This document shows, piece by piece, positions 1-12,905 of a stretch of DNA of 64,000 nt. The notes under the pieces were generated by a model, which saw only the letters and a list, made by a program, of their open reading frames with translations, was not told the DNA's origin and searched no databases. Origin of the DNA: Eledone cirrhosa. Its lineage: Eukaryota. The position numbers and the translations under genes are program-made. Each line of letters opens with the position of its first letter. Within the stretch, counting starts at the first letter, position 1. The stretch is from assembly GCA_964016885.1 (NCBI GenBank), contig OZ024744.1:64790001-64854000 (forward strand), read 5' to 3'.

Positions 1-384
1 ACTAAAAAGTAGTGAAGATTGTTTAGCTGAGCTTTCTAAGGGATAATGCAACCTCTCTAGTGTTGATGTCATGATAAATTGCTCTTAGTTTGTTTTGTAA
101 AGTGGTTGGCAAAGGAATACAGACAGCATAGGGTTGAGAAAATTGTTTAGTCCTGCTGAGAATGCAACTTCTTTAGTGTTGGTGACACAATAAAATTCCT
201 CTAGCATACTCTGTAAAGTGGCGGATGTTAGGAAACACATACACCTGGAGAGACCATGCGGAAAATGAATAGTATAAAGGAAATGATATTGTTGTTGGGG
301 GTGATGGTTTTGGTAATAATGATACAAAACAAAAACAAAAAAAGTAAAAAGGATATATTTGTTTTTAAAGGAGTGACTTAAGAG

Positions 385-709
385 TAGAGCCATAACTAGG
401 GAAAATAGCACCTATGGTAAGCAGAGAAATTGCGCCCCTGCCCAGCACTGTATTTTTACCTATGGGCCTAACAATTTATATAAATGGTTTAATGATCCAG
501 CCACCATAGTGTTCTCACCCATGATAATCAAAGACAGATCTTATGTCTGAAGGAGTTTCTTTTTTCACTCTCCAATGAGGCTTATTTGACTTTAATAGAA
601 CGTGCTCCTAGTCCATGTGCCCCCCCCTTCATGTGGAACCTATGGCAGATGCCATGAGTGCCACGTGAAAGGGGGGGGGGGGGCGCCACTTGCCCTAGTT
701 ACGCTTTTG
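385..709. mobile_element. Non-autonomous hAT-type MITE (copy 1)
   Basis: TIRs TAGAGCCATAACTAG / CTAGTTACGCTTTTG; 8-bp TSD CTTAAGAG (377-384) / CTCAAGAG (710-717); homologous to 47986-48272. Confidence 0.85.
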
Positions 710-717
710 CTCAAGAG

Positions 718-1640
718 GTTTGTATTTGTAAGCTAAAAGTAAGTCACCATAATTAGCTTTTATTGACTTGGACAAGGCCTTTAGCAGGTTGCTATGCTCT
801 ATAGCCTGATGGTCTTTAAGAAAATGTGGTGTAGATGACTGATCTGTAAGAGTTGTACAAACCATGTACTGAGATATTGTCAGTAAAGTGAGAGTTTGCA
901 ATGAGTTTAGTGCAGGTGGATGTGGATCAATCCTTGGCCTGCAGTTCCCTCTTGTTTATTATAGTTATCTAAGCCATTACTGAGGAGTTTAAGACTGTTG
1001 TCCATGCAAACTCATGTATGCTGATAACCTAGTTCCTATGGGTTAATCTGTGAAAGACTAGAATTTTCCAGACCCTTATGGAAGAGTTTAAGGCTGTGTG
1101 TTCACGGGAAATTCTATATGGTGAAAATCTAGTGTTTATATCTGAACTTGTAGAAGATCTAAAAGAGAAAATTCAAACGTAGAAACAAAACCTAGCATTG
1201 AATGACCTCAGAGTCAATTAAACAAAGATTAAAGTTTTAGTAAGTAGGATAGAAGATAAACCTGCTGTTATCAAGGAAATAGCCATACTTGATATACAGA
1301 AAAGTACTTAAGTGAAACTCCATACAATGTATCTAAGAGCGTAAACTATGGGTATACAAGAAGTGTAGTGGGATCACAGGAAGATGAACAAAGAAAATAA
1401 TTTTGTGTATGACAGATGCACAGAGGTAGTTAGTATAGCAATATAACCAGTGAAACAAACTCTTTCCAATCCAATGAAGGCTCCACAAAAGTAGTTAATA
1501 GCTTCTAAATGACCTAGCTGAGAACAGGAGGTTGGCCTGAAAACATAGTGACCAGAATAAGAACAGGATGAGAAAAGTTTATGAAGGAAATGACTATGAT
1601 GACCAACAATACTCTGTGCTAGAGAGGACTTGCCCACAGG
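718..1640 (+). pseudogene. Highly decayed RTE LINE reverse transcriptase fragment
   Basis: LAFIDLDKAF at ~753-782 and remnants of FKTGCPWELLYADDL (present twice); colinear with RTE ORF 52829-54571. Confidence 0.75.
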
Positions 1641-1874
1641 TGTAAGTATGTGAAAGAGTCATTAAAATAAAGATAGTCATAATGGAGGCAAGCATGTATA
1701 ATATATCATCAGGCCTCTTGCTCACTATACTTCTGTTGCTCTATTTGCTATCCTTTCATCTACCTCAATCTATTTTATTCACTGTACCACACTGACTGAA
1801 AAACAAGAGTAGGCATTTCATCTGCTTGTATTCAATTCTTTCACCATCACCCATTAGCTTTATCATACCGATTA

Positions 1875-3698
1875 CACTGGTCAACAACCAAAATGCTTCT
1901 GAGACCAAAGTAGCAATTTCCAACGAATATCATGGTTAAAACTGTTTGTTAGTTCTACTTTTCAACATACGTATGTTTCTAGTGCGGTGACCTTTGCATG
2001 ACAGAAGCTCTGTATAACTACTATGGTTAAAAAGGCATATCACCTATATTTTAGATGCAAGATTGGTGACCAGGGTAAGAAGTGGGCTCCTCACATATGC
2101 TGCAACACTTGTGCTACTAACATTGACCAATGGTTGAACAGGAAGAGGAAAGGAATGCCTTTTGCTGTGACAAAGACATGGCAGGAGCCAACAGACCATA
2201 CCAATAATTGTTATTTCTGCATGGTACCTCCAGTAAAAAAGGGCTTGTCAAAGAAGAAAAAGGAGTCCATTGAATATTCAAACATTCCATCAGCTATTCA
2301 CCCAGCTCCACATGGAGAAGATCTTCCTGGTCCTGATGCACCAAATTTGGTATTCTTCGAGTCAGATGAATAAAGTGATGAGGAGGAGGCAGAGAAGGAT
2401 GACAGTGCTGGATTACAGAGTGACCCAAATCTTGATGAATCACCCTCCTCTAGACCACATCTCATAACACAAGGGTGTCTCCATGACCTTGTCAGGGATT
2501 TACAACTACCTAAGAATAAGGCAGAGCTGCTAGACTCTTGTCTTCGATAGTAGAATCTCCTAGCAGCTGGTGTGACCGTCAGCAGCACTTCAGTAATTTC
2601 TTCATAATAGAAGGTGATTTATTGGCCTGTAACAATATTAATGGTATGATGGAAGCACTTGGTATTGAATACAAACGCAATCACTGGAGACTGTTCATAG
2701 ATTCATCAAAAACTAGTCTGAAAGGGGTCTTGCTGCATAATGGCAATAGTGAACCATCAGTTTCTATGCATCACATATGAAAGAAACTTATGAGAATATA
2801 AAGCATATGCTGCAATGCATAAAATATGAATGACAGCTCTGTGGTGACTTAAAGGTTGTTGCTCTTGTGATGTGTTTGCAGGGTGGATACACCAAGTACT
2901 GATGTTTTCTGTGTGAATGGGGAAACCTTGCAAGAGGTTCCCACTATATCAGGAGAGACTGGCCACCATATCAATAATTGGAAAACAAAATTTTGCTACC
3001 TCCACTACACAAAACTGTAGCTTATGAAAACCTTTATAAAATTTGTGGACAAATCCCTTCACTGAGCAATGCTAAGATAAAAGAGGGAGTCTTCATTGGT
3101 CCTCAGATTCGAGAACTTCTTAAAGATGACTTTGAATCAGCCCTTCATGGGAAGGAGAAAGCTGCTTGGGAGGCATTCAAGTTAGTGGTGAAGAGATTTC
3201 TCACAAATGGAAGGAAAGGAAAATATGAAGAATTGGTGGAAAACCTCACCAAAGCTTACAAGAATATGAGATGTAACATGTCACTTAAAATCCACCTTTT
3301 GGACTCTCATTTAGACTTTTTTGTCAGCGAACTGTAGGGCAGTTAGTGACAAACTTGGTGAAAGGTTTCACCAAGATATTTTAACCCTGGAAAAGTGGTA
3401 CTAGGGCAAATGGTGCACAACAATGCTTGCAGACTATTGCTGGACATTGGCAAGAGATTATTCTTCAGCCCACTATAAGTGTCAAACAAAAGGCAGAGAG
3501 TAGATACGGAATAGAGCTTAAAACATATTGACACATATTGAACATTATAATAAAATAATCAAATATTACATGTTGTATATCTTTAAGCCTGTAGCTAATA
3601 AGCATTTATCAAGGTGATATTTGGATTCAGGACATGAAAATACATGAGAATTAAATCTCATTTAAGAAACACAACTTTTCTAAAATTGGTGACCAGTG
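1875..3698 (+). mobile_element. Chapaev3-like DNA transposon with decayed transposase
   Basis: Termini CACTGGTCA...TGACCAGTG; 3-bp TTA TSD (1872-1874/3699-3701); ORF pieces WAPHICCNTC, EPTDHTNNCYFC, WRLFIDSSKTSLKGVLLHNGN, KIKEGVFIGPQIR, MSLKIHLLDSHLDFF broken by stops and frameshifts. Confidence 0.8.
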
Positions 3699-3823
3699 TT
3701 ATCATTATAATTCTACCTCTTTTTCTATCAACTCTGAACTACTATCCCCATACTTATGGAGCAAGTTTTGGCATCAGATCTGCCCCTATTCCATTCTGTA
3801 ATATTTCTCTCCTTCTCTCTCTT

Positions 3824-3862
<39 letters not shown>

Positions 3863-3944
3863 TCTCTCTCTGTATCTGACTATGAGACTCTTTATTGACA
3901 TTCACCACTCTCACACATTATCATCCATAACTGTTGATATCTAC

Positions 3945-4200
3945 AAAAAACACCCAGCCCATACTGTAAATTGGTCATGTAGGTGTCACGACAAAAAGCA
4001 CCCAGCACACACTGTAAAGTGGTTGTATTGGTGTCATCACCAAAAACATCTACCCACACTGTAAAGTGGTTATGTAGATGTCACGACAAAAAGCACCCAG
4101 TCTACACTGTAAATGAGGTTGGCGTTAGGAAGGGCATCCAGCTGTAGAAATCAAGCCAGAATCAGTTCTGTATGAGCAAGACGTGGTCACCTGACTTAGC
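3945..4200 (+). mobile_element. RTE LINE 3' UTR fragment with ~3.5 copies of the 48-bp unit
   Basis: CACTGTAAAGTGG..GTGTCACGACAAAAAGCACCC units followed by GTTGGCGTTAGGAAGGGCATCCAGCTGTAGAAA, as at 38945-39195. Confidence 0.75.
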
Positions 4201-4686
4201 AGGAACATGAGCTCCCAAGCACAATGATTTATTTGGCATTGACTCTGTGAAGTGATTAGCATTCAAATGATAATAATATAATTTAGGCAGGACTCTTCAG
4301 TCAAGGACATGAACATCTCTCTAGTGTTGGTGCCATATGAAAATGTACCCAGTACACTCTGTAAAGTGGTTGGTGTTAGGAAGAACATCCAGCCATAGAA
4401 ACCATTCCAAACAAAGGAGCTGAAAGGACTCTCCAGTTATGTCAAGTACATGACAACCTCTTTTACTGGTGGTGCCACAATAAAATGAACACAGTAGAAT
4501 CTTTAAAGTGGTTGGTAATAGAAAGGGCATCTATATGAAAACAGGAATATATGTAAGGGGGACGTGTGCACCCCCTCCCTCATACATTACCTTAGCTCAT
4601 TTCAGAGCACAGTAGCTCTGATAACCCACTGACTTGGTTTGTAATGGCATGCCAGACTCTGGCCAATATGGAAAGGTGGACATTAA

Positions 4687-4794
4687 ATGATGATGATGAT
4701 GATAGTGATGGCATTGATGATGATGGTGGTGACGATGATGATGGTGGTGACGATGATGATGGTGGTGACGATGATGATGGTGATGATGATTGAC

Positions 4795-4830
<36 letters not shown>

Positions 4831-4962
4831 AGCAGTAATGATGAGAGTGGTGGTGGTGGTGACGATGACTGTGGTGGTGGTGGTGACGATGACTGTGGTG
4901 GTGGTGGTGATGATGATGATGATGATAATGATGATGATGATGGTGATGACGACGATGATGAT
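4687..4962. repeat. (GAT/GGT)n microsatellite, expanded retroelement tail
   Basis: Follows GGACATTAAA tail motif; trinucleotide runs. Confidence 0.9.
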
Positions 4963-4988
4963 TATATTGTAATAGTGTAGTAATATAT

Positions 4989-5168
4989 AATTGTTTCTAT
5001 TTTTGGCACAAGGTCAGCAATACCCCAGTACATTACTGGTACTTTATTTTATCGATCCCGTAAGGATGAAAGGCAAAGTTAACCTTTGAACTCAGAATGG
5101 CAAGGGCCGTATCTCAATGCGTCAAAGCATGGCGTCCGACCCTCTACCGATTCTGCCAATCCACCGCC
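4989..5168 (-). mobile_element. tRNA-derived SINE, dominant family (~190-225 bp)
   Basis: A-box-like TGGCAGAATCGG, B-box-like GAGTTCAAA, core TTTCATCCTTACGGGGTCGATAAAATAAAGTACCAG, tail GGCCTTGTGCCAAAAGTAGAAAC. About 30 full or partial copies, e.g. 7060-7415, 10770-10990, 23107-23330, 30380-31050, 33345-33490, 35378-35527, 46395-46476, 59268-59400, 61215-61392, 63355-63772. Confidence 0.85.
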
Positions 5169-5354
5169 ATTGTAGTAATAAATAATTGTTTCTACTTTTG
5201 GCACAAGGCCAGCAATTACTCAGTACATTACTGGTACTTTATAGTAATAAATAATGTGCATTAACGAATGCTGGCAATTAAAGATACGAAAATTCTTCCA
5301 TATAATTCCCAAAGTATTAAATGTCACAATTGCATTGTCCTTCTTCTGTTGGCA

Positions 5355-5413
5355 AACACAAGAACAACATCAAAATCAACAGCAACTACAACAACAACCA
5401 CAACAATAGCAGC

Positions 5414-5459
<46 letters not shown>

Positions 5460-5921
5460 TTATCTACAAAAAATAACCACAACAATAGCAATAATAACAT
5501 TTGTAACAACAACAACTACAACAACATCAACAACAGCAGCAACAACAACAACAATGATAATAATAACAACATTAACAACATTAACAACAATAACAACTAT
5601 AATAATGACAAAAACAACAACAGCAACAAGAAACAACAGCTGTAGCAGTAACAACAACAACAACACAGCAGCAGCAGTAACAACAACAACAACAACAACA
5701 ACAGCAGCAGCAGTAACAACAACAACAACAACAGCAGTAACAACAACAACAACAACAGCAGCATCAGCAACAACAATAATAGCTGCAACAACAACAGCAG
5801 TAAAAACAACAACAACAACATCAGCAACAACAAACAACACCAGTAACAACAACATCAGCAACAACATCAGCAACAACAAACAACAGCAGTAACAACAACA
5901 ACAACAGCCCCAACAACAACA
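5355..5921. repeat. (CAA/CAG)n microsatellite
   Basis: Direct inspection. Confidence 0.95.
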
Positions 5922-6115
5922 TCTTAATTGTTTACTTTAAAGTAATTTAAAAAGGAAACAGGAATTTCACGGTCAGTTAAGAACATAATTAATATTTTAT
6001 TATTTTATTAATTTTATTAAGTTTTTTGTGTTTGTTTTTCAAGTCTCTTGTTTATTCAATAAATTTCTGAAGAATTGTAGAAAATAAATTTTATTGATAT
6101 GGTGGAATTATTTTA

Positions 6116-6762
6116 GTGGTGGTGGTGGTGGTGGTGGTGGTACTGGTGGTGGTGGTGTGGTGGTGGTGGTGGTGCTGATGATGGTGGTGTTGGTGGTGGT
6201 GGTGGTGTTGGTGGTGGTGGTGGTGGTGGTGGTGGTGGTGGTGGTGTTGGTGGTGTTGGTGGTGTTGGTGGTGGTGTTGGTGAATATGGTGGTGGTGATG
6301 ATGGTGTGGTGGTGGTAGTTGTGGTGGTTGTAGTTGTGGTGGTGGTGGTGTTGGTGGTGGTACTGGTGGTGGTAGTGGTGGTGGTGGTAGTGGTTGTAAT
6401 GGTGGTGGTGGTGATGGTGGTGGTGGTGGTGGTGGTAGTGGTGATGGTGGTGGTGGTGATGGTGGTGGTGGTGGTGGTGGTAGTGGTGATGGTGGTGGTG
6501 GTGATGGTGGTAATGGTGGGGAGATTGTAGTGCTGGTGAATAGCACATTTAGAATTTTTTTTTCTTGCTTTAGGTACCAATTACTACAGTTACCATCAAC
6601 CACTGCTGCCACCACCACTGCCACCACCAACCACCACCACCACCACAGCTACCACAACCACCACCACCACCAACACCACCACCACCAACCACCACCACCA
6701 ACCACCACCACCACCACCACCACCACCAACACCATCACAACCACCACCACCAACACCAACAC
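6116..6762. repeat. (GGT)n block followed by (ACC)n block
   Basis: 6116-6520 GGT-rich; 6595-6762 CCA-rich. Confidence 0.95.
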
Positions 6763-6869
6763 TAAAGTCTTATTAAGTAGGAAAGAAGACAGAACCTTGA
6801 GCTCATCAGGGAAGTGGCCTTGCTCAATATGTAGAAAAGGAGTAAGTCAAAACACTGTATGATGTACAC

Positions 6870-7042
6870 CAGGCACCTGCAACCCGCACAAAGGTTTTTA
6901 CAGCGTGAGCATGTTTTATCTTTGTAATATCAAATTTTAAAACATGCGTTGTAAAGTGCGTAATTAGTTGTCATGTGTGGCCCTCAGATAACACATATGT
7001 GACCCATGTGGTTCTTGGGGGACTCTCAGTTTGACATGCCTG
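6870..7042. mobile_element. hAT-type MITE inserted in an RTE fragment
   Basis: CAGGCA...TGCCTG termini; TSD ATGTACAC/ATCTACAC; interrupts KVLLSRKEDR..GKWPCSICRKG fragment (6762-6869). Confidence 0.65.
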
Positions 7043-7416
7043 ATCTACACAACGTAAATTGGATTGGCAGAATTATTAGAATGCCAGGCAAATGTTTTGC
7101 TTTATTTAGTTATGGCCCTTTATTTTCTGAATTCAAATTCCACTGATGTCAACTCTACCCTTCATCTTTTCTGGGTTGATTAAATAAAGTAACAGAGTAA
7201 ATATATTTGACTTTCACATCCACTCCACCAAACTCTTTGCCTTGTATCTAACTTAGAAATCATTATTAACACTTTAGCATTATTTAATCTTTTATGGTCT
7301 AAGTTCAAATTCCGCTGAGGTTAACTTTGCCTTCCATCCTTATGAGGTCAATAAAATAAAGTACCAGTAATGCACTGGGATAATTGCTGACCTTGTGCCA
7401 AAAGTAGAAACAATTA

Positions 7417-7645
7417 TTAACACTTTAACATTTACATTATTCTATATTCACTATTGCATTTTCACAGTAAACACTTTATTTCTCATAATTATCTCACATA
7501 ATATTGAATCTATGAGATTTTGATGTTATTTATTTTGAGAACAATACCTTAATATCAGTATGAGTGATCAGTTTTGGCTGGTTTGAACAGAAAGAGGTGA
7601 GGGAATTCAAGTTGGATATGGCTGCTTTAAATGCTAAAGGGTTAA
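7417..7645. mobile_element. piggyBac-like MITE (~215 bp family)
   Basis: Family consensus TTAA-CCCTTTAGCATTTA ... TAAATGCTAAAGGG-TTAA; other copies 8982-9193, 9930-10144, 13055-13287, 13689-13901, 14153-14380, 36181-36361, 45709-45912. Confidence 0.85.
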
Positions 7646-7889
7646 AGGTGATGTCTCTGCCTACAGAGAATCTATTTTATCCAACCTAAACCATTTCTGC
7701 TTGTCCAGGTGATAGCATTCTATATATTAAAAAAAAAAGCTTCTATCTAGATAGAATCCACTTTCTCTACCTTTTATCTCCCCTTAGATATACTAACAAA
7801 GTTATCCTGTTAGTCCAATCTGACTCAACTTTCACAATTCCTTTTAAGTTTCCTTTTCTCTCTCCTCTATACCACTCACCAAACTCTTC

Positions 7890-8322
7890 CAACCACCACC
7901 ATGGCAACAACGACCACCACCACCACCTCCACTACAACCACCACCACTACGACCACCACTATGACGACCACCACCACCACAACCACCACAACCACCACCA
8001 CCACCACTACAACCACCACTACAACGACCACCACCACCATCACCACCTTCATCACCACCACCACCACCGCCATAACCACCACCACCGCCATAACCACCAC
8101 CACCGCCATAACCACCACCACTGCCATAACCATTACCATCATCACCACCACCACCACCACCACTATAATCACCACCACCGCCATAACCGCCACCACCACA
8201 AGCACCACAAGCACCACCACCACCAGCATCAACAGCAACAGCAGCACCACCACCACCACGACCACCACCACCATCACCGCCGCTGCCGCCACCACCACCA
8301 CCAACAACAACAACAACATCAT
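7890..8322. repeat. (CCA)n compound microsatellite with an 18-bp subrepeat
   Basis: ACCACCACCGCCATAACC subunits. Confidence 0.9.
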
Positions 8323-10429
8323 TTGTTAGATAACCTATCACTCTTTATTGAAGAGCTCTACTTTAACTTCTTTTCTCTCTGAAGTCGCCACCCCTGGTTA
8401 TTTTATTGTACAGAACCACTGTTGATATTCATCATCTTCCCACACTTGATTCTACTTGGCAGAGAGGTTAATTCTGTGCTATTTGACAACACCAATATCA
8501 TCATCATCATCATCATCATCACCATCACCATCATCATTTAACGTCCATCTTCCACGCTAGCATGGGTTAGACAGGACTGTCTCACTTGAGGCAAGATTGG
8601 TTGGGTGACTGTGTCTTGCTCGTACAGACCTGTTTCTGGCAGGTTTTCTACGACTGGATGCCCTTCCTAACACCAACCACATTTACTGTGTGGATAGGCT
8701 GCTTTTTGTTGTATCTCTACATCTCCATATCTCCATCTACCCTAACAAACACATAGACACTCCAACACATCCTTAACATCTTTCTCACCACTACCCACTG
8801 TCCAGTCAAGTCTGATCAAGGTAGTCTTAAACCTGAGACTTCAAGTCAATGTGCTTTTTACCTCTACTCCTTAGTTTTGAGTCAGATAAATGGAAAGACC
8901 CATACCATAAGAGGATTTTCATTATGTCTCTCTACAACATCCTTCACACACAGTATTTAACCCTTTTGATGCCAACTTGCTTTAACTCTTTAGCATTTAA
9001 ACTGTCCATACCGGCTAAAATTCTCTCACCTCTTTCTGTTTAAAATGGTTGTAACTTGTCACTCATACTGACATTAAGGTATTGTTCTCAAAATTAGTAA
9101 TATCAAAATCTCATAGATTCGATATTATGTGAGATATCTTTACTGTGAAAATACAATAGTAAATATAGAGTAATGTAAATGTTAAAGGGTTAAATCAACT
9201 TATGGTTCTATGAAACAAAACCACCTATTTTGAAACATTCCTATTTAAATTAAAATCTTCCAAAATAATTTGATATAAGAACCTTTTGTTAAGTTATGAC
9301 ATAAATACCATCTTAATTATCAACTAATAAATAATTTTCATAAAATACTTTAAACTATTTGTTAATTAATTGAGGAAAAATGTGTCATTAGAAATATGGT
9401 CATGAAAGTGTTAATCGCTAATTGGTGTTTAATAGCTCCACCAAAAATATGTTCCTTGTTATGTCTCTCTACAACCTCCCTCACATAGTGTTTAGTACCA
9501 AATGATGTTTCGTTACTTAACGAATAACATCTTTCTTGTTATTTTACATTTTACCCACAAACGATAAAAAATCTCCCTACCCCATTTTCTCTACATTGTG
9601 AATCAGATCCACTAATTCTCACCTAACAAAGTGACTGATGCTAAAAGTGTCCCTTCTATCACTTTCAACCACTCTGTCCAGAGCCATCTCTTATCATTAC
9701 CTGACTTTATATTTTCTTTCTTTATCGCTTTGTGAGTTTCCCCCACCAGTCATAACTGTATTAACCATTAAGCAAAATAAGAACATTCTTAGGACATCAA
9801 TGGAAGAGGGGTGCTATTTTATTCAAAATAATTGCATTTGTCATTAAGAAAAAAAACTTTTTTTTCTTTGCAAACTTTCTGTATGAAGGTTATGATAATC
9901 TTTTAAGTGCTTATGGTGTCAAAAAGACTTAACCCTTTAACATTTAAACTGGCTGTATCTGGCCAGAATTCTCTCACCTCTTTCTGTTCAAGTTGGCTGT
10001 AACCGGTTGCTCATACTGATGTTAAGGTATTGTTCTCAAAATAAATAATATCAAAATCTCATAGATTTAATATGTGAGATGATAAAGTGTTTACTGTGAA
10101 AATACAATAGAATATATAGAGTAATGTAAATGCTAAATGGTTAATAAGACCCTGCCAGGTGTCTATCCTAATATAGGAGAGCATGTGATGGTATGTCCTA
10201 TTCCCAAGAAAAGTCATCACTCTATCTCTGCCTTTGTCAACAACCATCTTGTTACCCTCACCTTCAACAGATATGAAAAACAGTTATAAACAGTTATAAA
10301 CAACTGCTTCATTCATCAATAGTGAGGGTGATGTTTAATCAAGATAGATACATCACATGAGATATCCTGACTACCCACTCACAATCCAGAACAGAAGTGG
10401 TTACCCTTTCATTTATAATATTTACAATG

Positions 10430-10727
10430 AGGATACCCACGGGTAGACCCCGAGCAAGATGGTTGGATAACATCCATGAGCTTGGCTGGTCACGCTTGGG
10501 GATCCAGTCGGATAAGGTTTACTTCTGACAGGACCTGCTGGAAGGAGTGTTTGAGGACTCTTCCCCCGTGACCCTCTTGGGAATAAGGAGGAGGAGGAGG
10601 AGGAGAAGGAGAAGAAGAAGAAGAAGAAGAAGAAGAAGAAGAAGAAGAAGAAGAAGAAGAAGAAGAAGAAGAAGAAGAAGAAGAAGAAGAAGAAGAAGAA
10701 GAAGAAGAAGAAGAAGAAGAAGAAGAA
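10430..10727 (+). mobile_element. 5'-truncated RTE-like LINE 3' end with (GAA)n tail
   Basis: 10430-10585 matches 35205-35372, followed by a long GGA/GAA run. Confidence 0.75.
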
Positions 10728-11126
10728 ATTTAGTAAATATAACTTTCTTATTACTAAACTGGGGCAGGGAAATGGGTCGGCAGAATTGGTAGAATGTCAG
10801 ACAAAATGGTTTGTGGTGTTTTGTTATGACTTTCTACGTTTTGTTTTGTTCAAATCCTGCTTAAGTCAACTTTACTTTTCATCCTTCTAGGGCTCAATAA
10901 AATAAGGTACTAATTAAGTATTGGGGTCAGTATAAGCAATTTTCCCCCTTCCCTTAAATTGCTGGCCTTGTGCCAATGTTAGACAGAATTATTAAACTGA
11001 TGTTTGAAACAACTTAACAAATATTCTTACATAAAATCATGATGGGAGGTTTTAACATAAATATAAATACTTTAACCTTTTAGCATTTACATTACTCTAT
11101 ATTTATTATTGTATTTTTATGGTAAA

Positions 11127-11950
11127 CTAGCAGAATTGCCTGGCGTTGCTTGGGATTTGCTCTAGGGTTCTTATATATTTTATATATATTTATCCTTATC
11201 GGGGCTCGTGAAATAAATACGTTTGTTTATATTTTGTTATTCTGTATGCAAAAATATCTGTACACGAATATATAATTGTATATATATATATTAAAATAAC
11301 AGATTAAAGTTTAAGCAAAGAATCGCTGCTTTCACCCTAACGGGATCTTCTGAAACTAAAAAAATCAATCTGTGGGCGCAGAAGTAAATATTTCGAAAAA
11401 CGTTACACACTATATATATACACACACTGTATATACATATACACACACACACACATATAGCGTCATAATGTCGTAATGCAGACAGTCAGACATACAGACA
11501 GATATTATAAGGGCGCGACATTGTAGCTATGTATCTATCTAAAAAGAAAGACTAAGAATTATAGAGAGAGAGATCGCTAAATCGCCTAATGCAGTCCCTA
11601 GGGTATTGAAAATTTGAAATAGTTTTTGCTCAAAACACTTACACAGCCATAAGTATTACATGTGTAAAGTTTGAAAACAATCGGTTGGGTGGTTCTCGAG
11701 TTTTAAGGAGTCAGACAGACAGACAGACATTTTCTGTTTTAGATATATAGATAATTGTTTCTACTTTTGGCACAAGGCCAGCAATTACCCAGTGCATTAC
11801 TGGTACTTTATTTTATCGACCCCGTAAGGATGAAAGGCAAAGTTAACCTCGGCGGGATTTGAACTCAGAATGGCAAGGGCCGTAACTCTATGCGTCAAAG
11901 CATGGCGTCCGACGCTCTACCGATACTGCCAGTCCATTTAGATATATAGA
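11127..11950 (-). mobile_element. Non-autonomous Helitron (Lep1-like)
   Basis: Minus strand starts TCTATATATC, carries (CTGT)n, ends with GC hairpin CCCAAGCAACGCCAGGC and CTAG; inserted between A and T with no TSD. Confidence 0.75.
11756..11936 (-). mobile_element. SINE copy with 18-bp TSD
   Basis: TTTAGATATATAGATAAT at 11738-11755 and 11937-11954. Confidence 0.9.
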
Positions 11951-12443
11951 TAATAATCTCACATAATATCGAATCTATGAGATTTTGATATTATTCATTT
12001 TGAAAACAATATCTTAACATCAGTATGAGCAGCTGGTTACAGCCGGTTTGAACAGAAAGAGGTGAGAGAATTTTGACTGGATATGGCCGGTTTAAATGCT
12101 AAAGGTTTAAAGCTAATGACTTTGTTTCATAAAATCAAAGGTGCTTTTGGGGCAGTTTGGTATTAACAGGGGTAAACACACAGTAAATGCTAATGGCTCT
12201 AGTATGTTCGCAAGTGAATCTGGCTAACTTAACAGGTAGTCATGGTTCAAGATAACTCCATGTATAAGAGCATTAGCAACAGCAGCAGTAACAACAGCAG
12301 CAGTAGCAGCAGCAACAGCAGCAGCAACAACATCATTAGCACTTTTCCTTTTATGTTAATATTTGAAACTTGTAGAGTTTCTGAACATGAAGAGGAAGAT
12401 CTATAGTCTTTGAAGTGCAGTTTTCTTAATCCTTTATATATTA

Positions 12444-12905
<462 letters not shown>

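Larger units (their letters stand above)
11073..12110. mobile_element. piggyBac-like MITE interrupted by a Helitron and a SINE
   Basis: MITE 5' half 11073-11126, 3' half ~11955-12110. Confidence 0.8.

Noticed and set aside
4687-8341. Poly-Thr/His/Pro/Val/Gly ORFs resembling extensin, mucin or glycine-rich proteins
   Set aside because: Translations of trinucleotide microsatellites, open in several frames on both strands
10547-10792. Poly-Arg protamine-like ORF
   Set aside because: It is the (GAA)n tail of an RTE fragment
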